Shown: in pieces, positions 25,605-34,839 of the stretch
Layout: each line of letters opens with the position of its first letter
Numbering within the stretch: position 1 is the stretch's first letter
IMG/VR virus record: IMGVR_UViG_3300025162_000016
Location: 1-64,000 of that record
Direction: 5' to 3' (one strand)
DNA length: 64,000 nucleotides
Translations under genes and position numbers: made by a program
Notes under the pieces: generated by a model
What the model was told of the DNA's origin: nothing
The model's input: the letters and a program-made list of their open reading frames with translations, nothing else
The model's database searches: none

Positions 25605-27098
25605 ATGTCATACTGGAATGCGCAAGGAAACAATGGTAGGTCCACTGAAAGCTTTGGACTGGGTGGTTCTACTTCAACGGGTGGCAGTGGGGAGTTTTAT
25701 GAGTTGGAACCTGCGGTAGTTTTAGATATTGTTCTAGATAAGGATCATCCGATTTTTAAAAAAGATTCTAATGTAAAAACCACCATTGATATAGAACATT
25801 GGCCTTCTGATTATACCGGGAAAGCAAAACCAGTCAAAGGAGATATTAACTATACGTGGGTAGGAAGAGCATTGGTTCGGCTTCAATATTCAACCCCATC
25901 TGCTAAAAAAGATGATTTGGTTTGGGCATTTCCTTTGGAAGCAGGAATATCTGAATATCCTCTTATTAACGAAATAGTGATGATACTCAAATATCGCAAT
26001 AAATATTTTTATAGCCGCCGAGTCAATATTGATAATTTTCCAAACGAAGCAGTGGATTTTGGAATTAATCCCATTGTTAGTGGTCAACCTAATACCGAGT
26101 TATATTCCAATGCAGATTATGCAGGGAGAAGCTCAAAAACAAATCACGATGGAACGGCAGGGTATAAGGGAGTTGCCGGAAAATATTATAAAATAAATAA
26201 TCGTATACGTGCGATTAAACGATACGAAGGAGATACTGTTTTAGAAAGCAGATTTGGTCAATCGATTAGATTTTCGGCATATGACGCTATCCGAGCGAAT
26301 GATATAGGAGATAAGAAAAACACGGATTATGACGATTACGGGGGGAATCCAATGATTCTCATTAGAAACCGACAACGGAAATTACTTAAAAAGGGAGAAA
26401 CCCTAAAACTTAAAGATAGCCCTAATCCTGCTATAATTACCGGAACGGAAGAAGAAAAAAATGCGGGGGGATTTATTAAAGAGGATATTAATCATGATGG
26501 GTCTTCAATTCATATTACCACCGGACAAACTGAATCCAATTGGAAACCTACTTGTTACAAAAAGATGTGGGGGAACGGAGAAGAACAACCTCTTTACAAT
26601 GGGATAAGTGATTTTAAATATCCCGCTCCTTTAAATGGCGATCAAATTATCATTCAATCGGATAGATTAATTTTCTCATCTAGATATGGCGAAACGTTTC
26701 ATTATTCCAAAAAAAGATATGCAGTAGTAACCGACAATGAATATACGGTAGATGCTCATCAACAAATTGTTTTAACTACTAATTCAAAAACAGTGCTTAA
26801 TGCCCCGGTTATTTATCTTGGAGCGTATGATGAAACTGCCGAACCAGTATTACTTGGGCAATCAACTGTGACTTTATTAACAAGTCTATGTGATTGGTTA
26901 TTGCGGCATATTCATAAACATGAACATAGCCATGTTAATGCCGGTGCGCCGTCTCCTAAAACCACGCAGGAACCTACAAATCCCATGCTTGAAGATCTAA
27001 AGACTATTAAATCAAATCTTCAAGCATGTTTAAGTCGCAGAGTATTTGTTGTAGGAGGAGGATTGTCTCCCGGTGCCGACGGAGGAAAATTAGGATAA
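25605..27098 (+). CDS. Baseplate hub/spike protein (gp5-like)
   Basis: OB-fold-like PLINEIV; GDT..ESRFGQSIRF; C-terminal HIHKHEHSH. Confidence 0.65.
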   Translation: MSYWNAQGNNGRSTESFGLGGSTSTGGSGEFYELEPAVVLDIVLDKDHPIFKKDSNVKTTIDIEHWPSDYTGKAKPVKGDINYTWVGRALVRLQYSTPSAKKDDLVWAFPLEAGISEYPLINEIVMILKYRNKYFYSRRVNIDNFPNEAVDFGINPIVSGQPNTELYSNADYAGRSSKTNHDGTAGYKGVAGKYYKINNRIRAIKRYEGDTVLESRFGQSIRFSAYDAIRANDIGDKKNTDYDDYGGNPMILIRNRQRKLLKKGETLKLKDSPNPAIITGTEEEKNAGGFIKEDINHDGSSIHITTGQTESNWKPTCYKKMWGNGEEQPLYNGISDFKYPAPLNGDQIIIQSDRLIFSSRYGETFHYSKKRYAVVTDNEYTVDAHQQIVLTTNSKTVLNAPVIYLGAYDETAEPVLLGQSTVTLLTSLCDWLLRHIHKHEHSHVNAGAPSPKTTQEPTNPMLEDLKTIKSNLQACLSRRVFVVGGGLSPGADGGKLG

Positions 27099-27102
27099 AA
27101 CT

Positions 27103-27606
27103 ATGGCATTTACATTACCATCGCCATCATTACCCGTGCCACAAGCGCCACCGCTACCTGCTGTTCCTAAAATATCGCTTCCAAAAGGACCGGCACCTTT
27201 AAAAATAAATACTATAACAGGAAAGGGAGTTCCTGGTGGATTTACGGGCACCAATAAATTAATACCGAAGGTAGCAGCCGCAGGAGTTGCATCTAATATA
27301 GCCGCAATTGCAGCTAAGGTATCTTCTATAAAAGCATCAATACCCGGTGCAACAGCGGCTCAAGCTAAGTTAGCGGGATTAAAAGCAAAGGCGTTATCTA
27401 AAATAAAATCATTAGCTAAAGCTCCGGATTTAAGCAGTAAATTGAAATTACCGGCTCCCCCTAAAATACCGTCGCCACCTGATTTTTCTAGTTTGAATCT
27501 TCCTTCGGTTCCTGCTTTGCCGTCAGTGCCGTCAGTGCCGTCAGTGCCTTCGGTTCCTGCTTTGCCGTCATTACCGTCAGTGCCGAAATTACCAACTATT
27601 GGGTAA
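27103..27606 (+). CDS. Pro/Ala/Lys-rich low-complexity protein
   Basis: PSV/PAL repeats. Confidence 0.55.
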   Translation: MAFTLPSPSLPVPQAPPLPAVPKISLPKGPAPLKINTITGKGVPGGFTGTNKLIPKVAAAGVASNIAAIAAKVSSIKASIPGATAAQAKLAGLKAKALSKIKSLAKAPDLSSKLKLPAPPKIPSPPDFSSLNLPSVPALPSVPSVPSVPSVPALPSLPSVPKLPTIG

Positions 27607-27633
27607 AAAAACTATATTTATAGATACACACAT

Positions 27634-28365
27634 ATGAAAAAAGACGATTTAGTAAAAATAATTCGAGCGATTGTTCAACAGGAACTCAAAAGAGAACTGC
27701 CCAAGGCGCTTGCAAATGTATTTTCCAATTTAATGGGAACTCCACCGTCAGAAGTTCGTAATATGAAGACGGCAACTCCTATTTATAAGGGACAATCATT
27801 ACCACATAAACCATCGGCGGAAGAAATGCCGGACGAAATTGATGAAACCATTCAATTAAAACAGCAACTTCGAGAAATGTTTACAGATGGGGAACCGGCG
27901 AGACGAACTGCTCCTTTGCAAACAGTTCAACCACCGAAGGTTTATACAAAAAATCCAATTTTTAATGAAATTCTAAACCAAACTCGTCCGTTTAATGGAC
28001 AAGAGAGAATGGCGATGGGAGTTGGTGGCTCGGGAATGTCGCCATCAGTTATGATGGCAGCAGAGGGATTTCAATCGTCTACCGCAGCTATGACCGGGGT
28101 CGGAGAACTCATGGATGGTAATGAATTGGGATTTTTAAATAAAGTTCCGACAATGCCAGGAGCTGGTGGTCCGGTTTTAACGGAACTTCCGATGAATGTT
28201 AATACTATACGAGAAGGACAAGTAGGCGGAGCGGCTCCACTGGACGGAGTGTTTGTTGATTCGGCATTGGATTTGAAAAATCATCCTGCGCTTCCCGATA
28301 GCATTAAAGGAATTTTAAATCGTGATTATAGATCGTTAGTTAAAGCAATGAATAAGAAGAAATAA
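27634..28365 (+). CDS. Hypothetical protein
   Basis: ORF within the baseplate cluster. Confidence 0.65.
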   Translation: MKKDDLVKIIRAIVQQELKRELPKALANVFSNLMGTPPSEVRNMKTATPIYKGQSLPHKPSAEEMPDEIDETIQLKQQLREMFTDGEPARRTAPLQTVQPPKVYTKNPIFNEILNQTRPFNGQERMAMGVGGSGMSPSVMMAAEGFQSSTAAMTGVGELMDGNELGFLNKVPTMPGAGGPVLTELPMNVNTIREGQVGGAAPLDGVFVDSALDLKNHPALPDSIKGILNRDYRSLVKAMNKKK

Positions 28366-28366
28366 T

Positions 28367-28783
28367 ATGGCAACTAGAAAAATACCACTTGGATTGATGC
28401 TCCCGATTCGAGATGGGAACAGCGGGTATTTTGATCAGGCATACGATACTTTTACACAAAAACGTATGAATATTATCAATTTACTTCGCACAAAAACGGG
28501 TGAAAGAAGATTTCAACCTACATTTGGTTCAAGGTTGTGGACTGTATTATTTGAACAGAACATGGATATCTTACCAGATATTATAACAAATATCGTGAAA
28601 GAGGATATATCTAGATGGATAGATGGAGTAATTGTAAGAAAAGTAGATATTCAAGTGCCACAAATTAGCGAAACAACTGACTATCGAGATATTTATAGTT
28701 TGTTAGTTTCAGTAATTTTTGAGGATACCGCCACTCAACAACAAGGAACCGTTGAAATTTACATTAATAGCGGCAAAATATAA
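28367..28783 (+). CDS. Baseplate wedge protein, gp25-like
   Basis: NLLRTKTGER.FQPTFGSRL..LFE. Confidence 0.85.
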   Translation: MATRKIPLGLMLPIRDGNSGYFDQAYDTFTQKRMNIINLLRTKTGERRFQPTFGSRLWTVLFEQNMDILPDIITNIVKEDISRWIDGVIVRKVDIQVPQISETTDYRDIYSLLVSVIFEDTATQQQGTVEIYINSGKI

Positions 28784-28864
28784 CTTATGGAAAAACATAC
28801 AAAAAATCGTGTCGAGTTCGGGGGTGCGGTCGAACTGATAAACAATGTATTAGGAGATTAAATT

Positions 28865-30844
28865 GTGCCGACTACCACTTCTAAAAATTTCACTCCAAAT
28901 TCTAAAGATATTCGATATCTTAATCGGGACTTTACTCAGTTAAGACAATCTCTTATGGATTTCGCCAAAACGTATTTTCCAAATACGTATAACGATTTTT
29001 CCACGGCATCTCCCGGCACGATGTTTATTGAAATGGCAGCATATGTCGGAGATGTACTTAGCTATTATACGGATTATGCATTTAAAGAAAGCATGATCCA
29101 AAACTCGACTGAGCGTAGAAATATTATATCTCTTGCGAACTATCTGGGATATAAAGTGAAACCAATTCAAGGCGCTATCGGAACCATTGAGCTTTTTCAA
29201 TTATGTCCAGCCAAAGAAAATGCGGTGGGAGTTTATGTTCCGGATACCGATTATGCACTTAGAATAAAAGAAGACATGCAAGTGTCGAATAATGCGGGGT
29301 CGTATTATGTTCTTAATGATTCGGTAGATTTTGCCGTAAGCACTTCATTATCTCCTCGAACGGATGCAGTATATTCCAGAAATCAAGATGGCACCCCACA
29401 ATTCTTTTTGCTTCAGAAAACCGGCAAGATAGCTGCGGGAAAAGTATCTACAAAAACAATTACAGTGAATTCTCCTACCCCGTTTTTTCAAATATATTTA
29501 AATGAAACTAATGTATTGGGAATAATTGATGTGGTAGACTCTAACAACAATGAATGGCATGAAGTCGATTTTCTAGCACAAGAATTAGTTCCGATTGCGA
29601 TTCCTAATGATTCGGAACATGAAGGCACATTGTCTACCTATAAAGATTCGGTTCCATATATTTTGAAGTTTTTGAGAACCCCTAATCGGTTCACTGTAAA
29701 CGTAGATTCAAATAACTTTACTTATTTAGAATTTGGAGCAGGAACAGAAGGATTTTCTGAAGAATTCGTGACATTTGATTCCAAATTAATTGGTATCGGA
29801 TTAAGAAATATTAGTAATTATAATATTCCATTTGATCCTGCTAATTTTCTTAAAAATAAAACCTATGGGGTTGCTCCATCTAACACAACATTGACGATTC
29901 GTTATTTAACGGGCGGCGGAATTAACTCAAATTCCCCCTCAAACGCAATTAGAAATGTAGTGTCAGTAGAGTTTGATAATCCAACAGATGGACTTCCTCC
30001 GGAAAAAAATAATTTATTAAATACCGTAAAAAATTCGTTGCAAGTTAATAATTCAATTGCTACAGTAGGGGGGAAAGAAGGAGAAACTGATAATGAAGTG
30101 AAAATGAATGCAACTGCTAATTTTGCCACTCAAAATCGAGCCGTAACCAAAGATGATTATTTGGTACGTATTTATTCTCTTCCTCCGAAATTCGGTTCTA
30201 TAGCAAAAGCTCAAGTAATTACTGATACCAGTTTAAACGTGGGAGTAAATAGGGTATTATCGGGAACTATAAATTCAGAAAATATTGCAACAGTAACCGA
30301 TAATGCAACTGCTAATTATTTCCGAAAAATATCATATGATTCCTCAAATCCATTTTCCATCAACATTTATTTGTTGGGATATGACGAAAATAAAAACTTA
30401 ACTCCCGTGAATTCGGCTTTGTTAACTAATCTGATTACGTATATGAAACGTTATCGGATTATGACGGATGGAGTAAATCTTATCGATGGTTATATTATTA
30501 ATATTGGAGTGAATTTTGCAATCACCGTATATAAAGGATATACGAAAAAAGATGTTTTATCGGAATGCATTCAAACTATTCAAAACTTTTTTAATATTGA
30601 TAATTGGAATTTTTCTCAACCAATCAATCTTAGTCAATTAGAATTAGAAATCGCCAAAGTCGAAGGGGTTCAATCTATAGTTAATTTAGAGATTATTAAT
30701 AAAACAACGTTAGATGGAAACTATTCTGCGGTGGAATACGATATTTCATCGGCCACCAAAAATAATATTATATATCCATCAACAGATCCTAGTTGCTGGG
30801 AAATAAAATATCCTAATAGTGATATTATAGGGAGATGTTCATGA
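28865..30844 (+). CDS. Baseplate wedge subunit (gp6/baseplate J-like)
   Basis: RDFTQLRQSL..YFP..YNDF; GGKEGET; QNRAVTKDDY. Confidence 0.85.
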   Translation: MPTTTSKNFTPNSKDIRYLNRDFTQLRQSLMDFAKTYFPNTYNDFSTASPGTMFIEMAAYVGDVLSYYTDYAFKESMIQNSTERRNIISLANYLGYKVKPIQGAIGTIELFQLCPAKENAVGVYVPDTDYALRIKEDMQVSNNAGSYYVLNDSVDFAVSTSLSPRTDAVYSRNQDGTPQFFLLQKTGKIAAGKVSTKTITVNSPTPFFQIYLNETNVLGIIDVVDSNNNEWHEVDFLAQELVPIAIPNDSEHEGTLSTYKDSVPYILKFLRTPNRFTVNVDSNNFTYLEFGAGTEGFSEEFVTFDSKLIGIGLRNISNYNIPFDPANFLKNKTYGVAPSNTTLTIRYLTGGGINSNSPSNAIRNVVSVEFDNPTDGLPPEKNNLLNTVKNSLQVNNSIATVGGKEGETDNEVKMNATANFATQNRAVTKDDYLVRIYSLPPKFGSIAKAQVITDTSLNVGVNRVLSGTINSENIATVTDNATANYFRKISYDSSNPFSINIYLLGYDENKNLTPVNSALLTNLITYMKRYRIMTDGVNLIDGYIINIGVNFAITVYKGYTKKDVLSECIQTIQNFFNIDNWNFSQPINLSQLELEIAKVEGVQSIVNLEIINKTTLDGNYSAVEYDISSATKNNIIYPSTDPSCWEIKYPNSDIIGRCS

Positions 30845-31380
30845 TTAAATTGAAAGTATTATTATTTGAAGGTATGACTGATACTCCTGAATTCAAGCAA
30901 TGGTTTGGACAGAGTAAAGTTGTGGATGAACATGGACAACCAAAAGTAGTGTATCACGGAACATCAAAAAGTAGAGATTTTTCAAAATTCAATAAAAAAG
31001 GAGGGGGCTCTTGGTTTACTTCTAGCAAAGAAGAAGCTTCTAAGTATGCAGAACGTAACGATTTTAGCGATATCAGGGGGCACGATGAACATGGAGTTCC
31101 ATATGGGAGTAATGTAAGCAGTAGAATATATCCGGTTTACCTTAAAATAGAAAATCCCAAATTACTTACATCAAAGGAAATTGAATGGTGGAGACATCAA
31201 AAGGATTATCGTAGCGCCAACAAAGAACTTTTAGCTAGAGCATTTGCCGCAGGACACGATGGTATTGATATGGGTAATGGTAATTACGTTGTTCACAAGC
31301 CGGAACAAATCAAATCAGCAATAGGCAATAAAGGAATGTTTGATCCTAAACATCCAGATATAACCAAAGAAACTATTTAA
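30841..31380 (+). CDS. ADP-ribosyltransferase-like protein with MIKLKVLLFE tag
   Basis: VVYHGT..FSKF, WFTS, YLKIENP, GHDGI motifs. Confidence 0.6.
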   Translation: MIKLKVLLFEGMTDTPEFKQWFGQSKVVDEHGQPKVVYHGTSKSRDFSKFNKKGGGSWFTSSKEEASKYAERNDFSDIRGHDEHGVPYGSNVSSRIYPVYLKIENPKLLTSKEIEWWRHQKDYRSANKELLARAFAAGHDGIDMGNGNYVVHKPEQIKSAIGNKGMFDPKHPDITKETI

Positions 31381-31381
31381 A

Positions 31382-34051
31382 ATGCATCACCACCTATTTC
31401 CAGAATCGGATACATATGTAACGAATGAATCCGGATTCGAAGATAAAAATTTCGGTATAAATGAAATTCTTCGAATTGGAACTTCTACTTCTCCCATGCG
31501 AGTTTTAGAAGACACGAAAGATTATCCTTATTCAAATGTGATATGGACGAATCATTGTATCACAAATTTTACGGGAATCTTAACTGGTTCTTTTTCCGGT
31601 GCAGCGGAGTCTGTATACGGAACAATTATAGCCTCCGCTTCATTTAGTTCTTCTTATTTCAATGGATATTTCGATGGGGTTTTAGTAGAATCCAGCGGAG
31701 GGTTTTCGGGAAGTGTGGATGGAATTGTTTCCGGTTCTTTAACTGCATCCGTGTTTCCAAATTTCGATGGACAATTAACAAGTTCTTATGGAAAAATTAC
31801 AGGAACGGTAACCGGAATAGATACTAGAAATGAAAATCATTGGGTAACTACTGCAACTAAATTAGTTGATAGAACTATAATTAAATTCGATTTAAATACT
31901 ATTTCCGCTTCGGTTGCCAATGGAGAAATTACAAATCCGGAATTTAAATTAAATTTAAAAGTGTGTAATGAATATGAATTACCGATTTCATATGCTATTT
32001 ATGCGTTTCCAGTAAGTCAAAGTTGGGTGATGGGAAATGGTTATTTTTCTGATGGAGGATCTTATACCGGAGCCAGTTGGTATTATCGAGATTACGTTGC
32101 AGGGACGGCATGGTATGCTCCTATTACTACTAGTTTAAGACCAGTCGTTGATTTTTTTAACACCGAAAGTAACGCAACTGCATCTTTTGCATATGGCGGA
32201 GGAACTTGGTATTACGATTCAGCGTCAAAACAAGATTTCTCATATGAATCCGCCGATATTTCGATGGATGTTACAGATATTGTAATGACATGGATAAACG
32301 GAACACTTCCAAATAATGGATTCATTTTGATGTCATCGGATGAAATAGTGGCCAGTGGTTCCGGATTCGCTTTAACGTTTTATAGTAAAGACACCAATTC
32401 CATAAATTCACCATACCTCGATGTAATGTGGAGTGATTGGATAGGAGAATCTGGAAGTGTTGATATATCTAGCGCAAATATAATAACGCCCTATCTCGGC
32501 CTTTCGGGAGAGGTGCAAAATGGGTCGTCGTTATCCGGAAATTCGATTTTATCAGGAGGTTCAACAAATGCAAGTCAACTTAGTGGGAGTTTTTCCGGCA
32601 GTTCATTGGTTAATTTTACTTTGAATTATATTACGGCTAGTAATGCACCGGTAAATAACTTATGTGTATTTCAATTTACGGGAAGTTTAACGGGGTCTTT
32701 TTTAGGAACAGCTTCTTATGCTTTAGGAATAATTTCCGGAGGTATCGTGGATTTTTATACAGATTATTTTACCGGAAATATTGATGGCACTCCTTCCACA
32801 ATAACAAGCGGAAAAGTATTAAGTAATTCTTCTGTTTTAGGATCAATTACGGGCTCGGTAATTACTAGCACATATCTCGGGGATTTTTCCGGATCAATAA
32901 CGAGTTCAAATCTGTATATATCGGGGGGTGTATCTGGCACATACTTAGATACTATATTCCATAATTTCAATGGATTTTTTGCATGTAACGGGTTTACCGG
33001 AAATATAAGCGGAGTTCCAGTTATAGGCAACGTTCAGGGATTGATTACTATAGATCCAGCTTCGGTATATACCCCAACGGACATGACAACGCTGTATCCG
33101 AGCATGCCGTATAATCAATCTCCCTACTCCACGGGATATCAAAATCTTTATTCGGATTCACCTTATAATGGACTTATAAATGTCTGGTATACATGGATGG
33201 GAGACACTTGGACGTCGAATGTGCCGGCATATCCAACCTATCCAATAACCACTTCCTGTGGGAATATTCCTCATCAAGCGCAAACTATGATGGGCACTCT
33301 TACTAGTGGCGTTTTTAGTGGAAGTCATTTTGTAGCATATTATTCAAACTATTCAATTCTTATTGGATCTTTACAAGGATTTTATACAACAGAGGCATTA
33401 CTTAATTCAACCGTAACTATTCCTCTCCCATCCGGTATAGATCCATATGCATATGCATACTTCACCGGAACATATGTCAATGGGACGGCAATGGGACTTT
33501 ATAATTTATATCCCAACAGTCATGATAGCTCTAGTTTTACTGGTCAATTTATAAATGGAGAACTTTTGGGTAGCTATGTTACTATACAATTAAGCGGAAG
33601 TATGTATACTTCAAGTTATTCTTATACGGGAAGTGTAAATTATACCTCCAACACATTTAAGCAACTTGATACTAATAGTCCATTTACGGTGATTGTAAAG
33701 AATCTCAAACCTACTATTAAAAGCGGAGATTTAATTCAAGTAAATGTATTTGGAAGACAAGAATTTCCTCTTAAAACATTTGAAAAGACATCACAACAAT
33801 CAGAATATGTTATTCCTAAATTGTTGCCATCGGCATCATATTATGCAATTAAAGATAATATGAGTGAGGAAATGATTATTGATTTCGATCGGTTTACGCA
33901 AATTAGTTCAAAGTATCCAAACGGAAACTTTTTCGTATTAGATACCACTGGATTAGCGCAAGAAAGATCGTATCGGGTGTTAATACGAATACATAACAGT
34001 TCCTCTATTTATACATTTGATGATAACAATGTATTTAAAATAACAAGATAA
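31382..34051 (+). CDS. Large structural protein (Ser/Gly-rich insert)
   Basis: Located in the structural module; YSKDT..SPYL motif. Confidence 0.55.
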   Translation: MHHHLFPESDTYVTNESGFEDKNFGINEILRIGTSTSPMRVLEDTKDYPYSNVIWTNHCITNFTGILTGSFSGAAESVYGTIIASASFSSSYFNGYFDGVLVESSGGFSGSVDGIVSGSLTASVFPNFDGQLTSSYGKITGTVTGIDTRNENHWVTTATKLVDRTIIKFDLNTISASVANGEITNPEFKLNLKVCNEYELPISYAIYAFPVSQSWVMGNGYFSDGGSYTGASWYYRDYVAGTAWYAPITTSLRPVVDFFNTESNATASFAYGGGTWYYDSASKQDFSYESADISMDVTDIVMTWINGTLPNNGFILMSSDEIVASGSGFALTFYSKDTNSINSPYLDVMWSDWIGESGSVDISSANIITPYLGLSGEVQNGSSLSGNSILSGGSTNASQLSGSFSGSSLVNFTLNYITASNAPVNNLCVFQFTGSLTGSFLGTASYALGIISGGIVDFYTDYFTGNIDGTPSTITSGKVLSNSSVLGSITGSVITSTYLGDFSGSITSSNLYISGGVSGTYLDTIFHNFNGFFACNGFTGNISGVPVIGNVQGLITIDPASVYTPTDMTTLYPSMPYNQSPYSTGYQNLYSDSPYNGLINVWYTWMGDTWTSNVPAYPTYPITTSCGNIPHQAQTMMGTLTSGVFSGSHFVAYYSNYSILIGSLQGFYTTEALLNSTVTIPLPSGIDPYAYAYFTGTYVNGTAMGLYNLYPNSHDSSSFTGQFINGELLGSYVTIQLSGSMYTSSYSYTGSVNYTSNTFKQLDTNSPFTVIVKNLKPTIKSGDLIQVNVFGRQEFPLKTFEKTSQQSEYVIPKLLPSASYYAIKDNMSEEMIIDFDRFTQISSKYPNGNFFVLDTTGLAQERSYRVLIRIHNSSSIYTFDDNNVFKITR

Positions 34052-34054
34052 CCT

Positions 34055-34360
34055 ATGATTTATTTAAAAAATTTAATTTCGAAAGTTCTAAATGAAGGAG
34101 TGTTATCTAAATTGGTAAGTATACCAGACCCTCTTAAACAAAAACTAGGAACTGTTATTGCCAAATGGTATTCTGATAAACGTTCACAAGAACAATCGGG
34201 AAAATTGTTGCCGAGTCTGGGAGTTCGGCTGGAAAAAATAAAAGTCACTGTCGAGAAACTTGGATTTACTAAACATCGAGACATGACTGGCGCAACTGAA
34301 ATTGAATTAGCTATAGATATGTTATATCGTTTTCATATGAGGCAATCAAAAAATGTATGA
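34055..34360 (+). CDS. Hypothetical protein with MIYLKNL..NE tag
   Basis: ORF track; N-terminal motif. Confidence 0.55.
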   Translation: MIYLKNLISKVLNEGVLSKLVSIPDPLKQKLGTVIAKWYSDKRSQEQSGKLLPSLGVRLEKIKVTVEKLGFTKHRDMTGATEIELAIDMLYRFHMRQSKNV

Positions 34361-34836
34361 CAGATTTTAATAAACAAATTCTGGAATTCGAGCAGTATGG
34401 GACGTTTACGTATAAATATGACGAAGTTGGTAATGTCGTCATGAACTCATCTTCGGTGGACTTTGCCCAGAATTATTTAGCATTTCCGTTGGATAATTTT
34501 GTTTATAATAATTCTAAAATACTGGGATTTTATGATCCGGTTTTTTCTGAATTTATTCCAACATCGCAAACGGAGGAACAGCAGGTGACTATTGATGTTA
34601 CCGCATTGCAAGACGAATTGGATGTTGAAAAAGCTAAAAATGCAGCATTAACAGACCAATTGAATTCGATTATAGCCGAGTCTGGTAATACATCTGGTCC
34701 CGATCCATCAGCTACACAACAAGTGGTGTTGGAATTGCGCAAACAGCTTGGACAGGGACGAGTCGATTCGGACTTTTCCGTTGATTTTCCGTATTCTCCG
34801 GTGATAAAACAAACAAATCTGGCAACCGGTACATAA
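34357..34836 (+). CDS. Hypothetical structural protein
   Basis: Coupled ORF. Confidence 0.6.
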   Translation: MTDFNKQILEFEQYGTFTYKYDEVGNVVMNSSSVDFAQNYLAFPLDNFVYNNSKILGFYDPVFSEFIPTSQTEEQQVTIDVTALQDELDVEKAKNAALTDQLNSIIAESGNTSGPDPSATQQVVLELRKQLGQGRVDSDFSVDFPYSPVIKQTNLATGT

Positions 34837-34839
34837 TTT

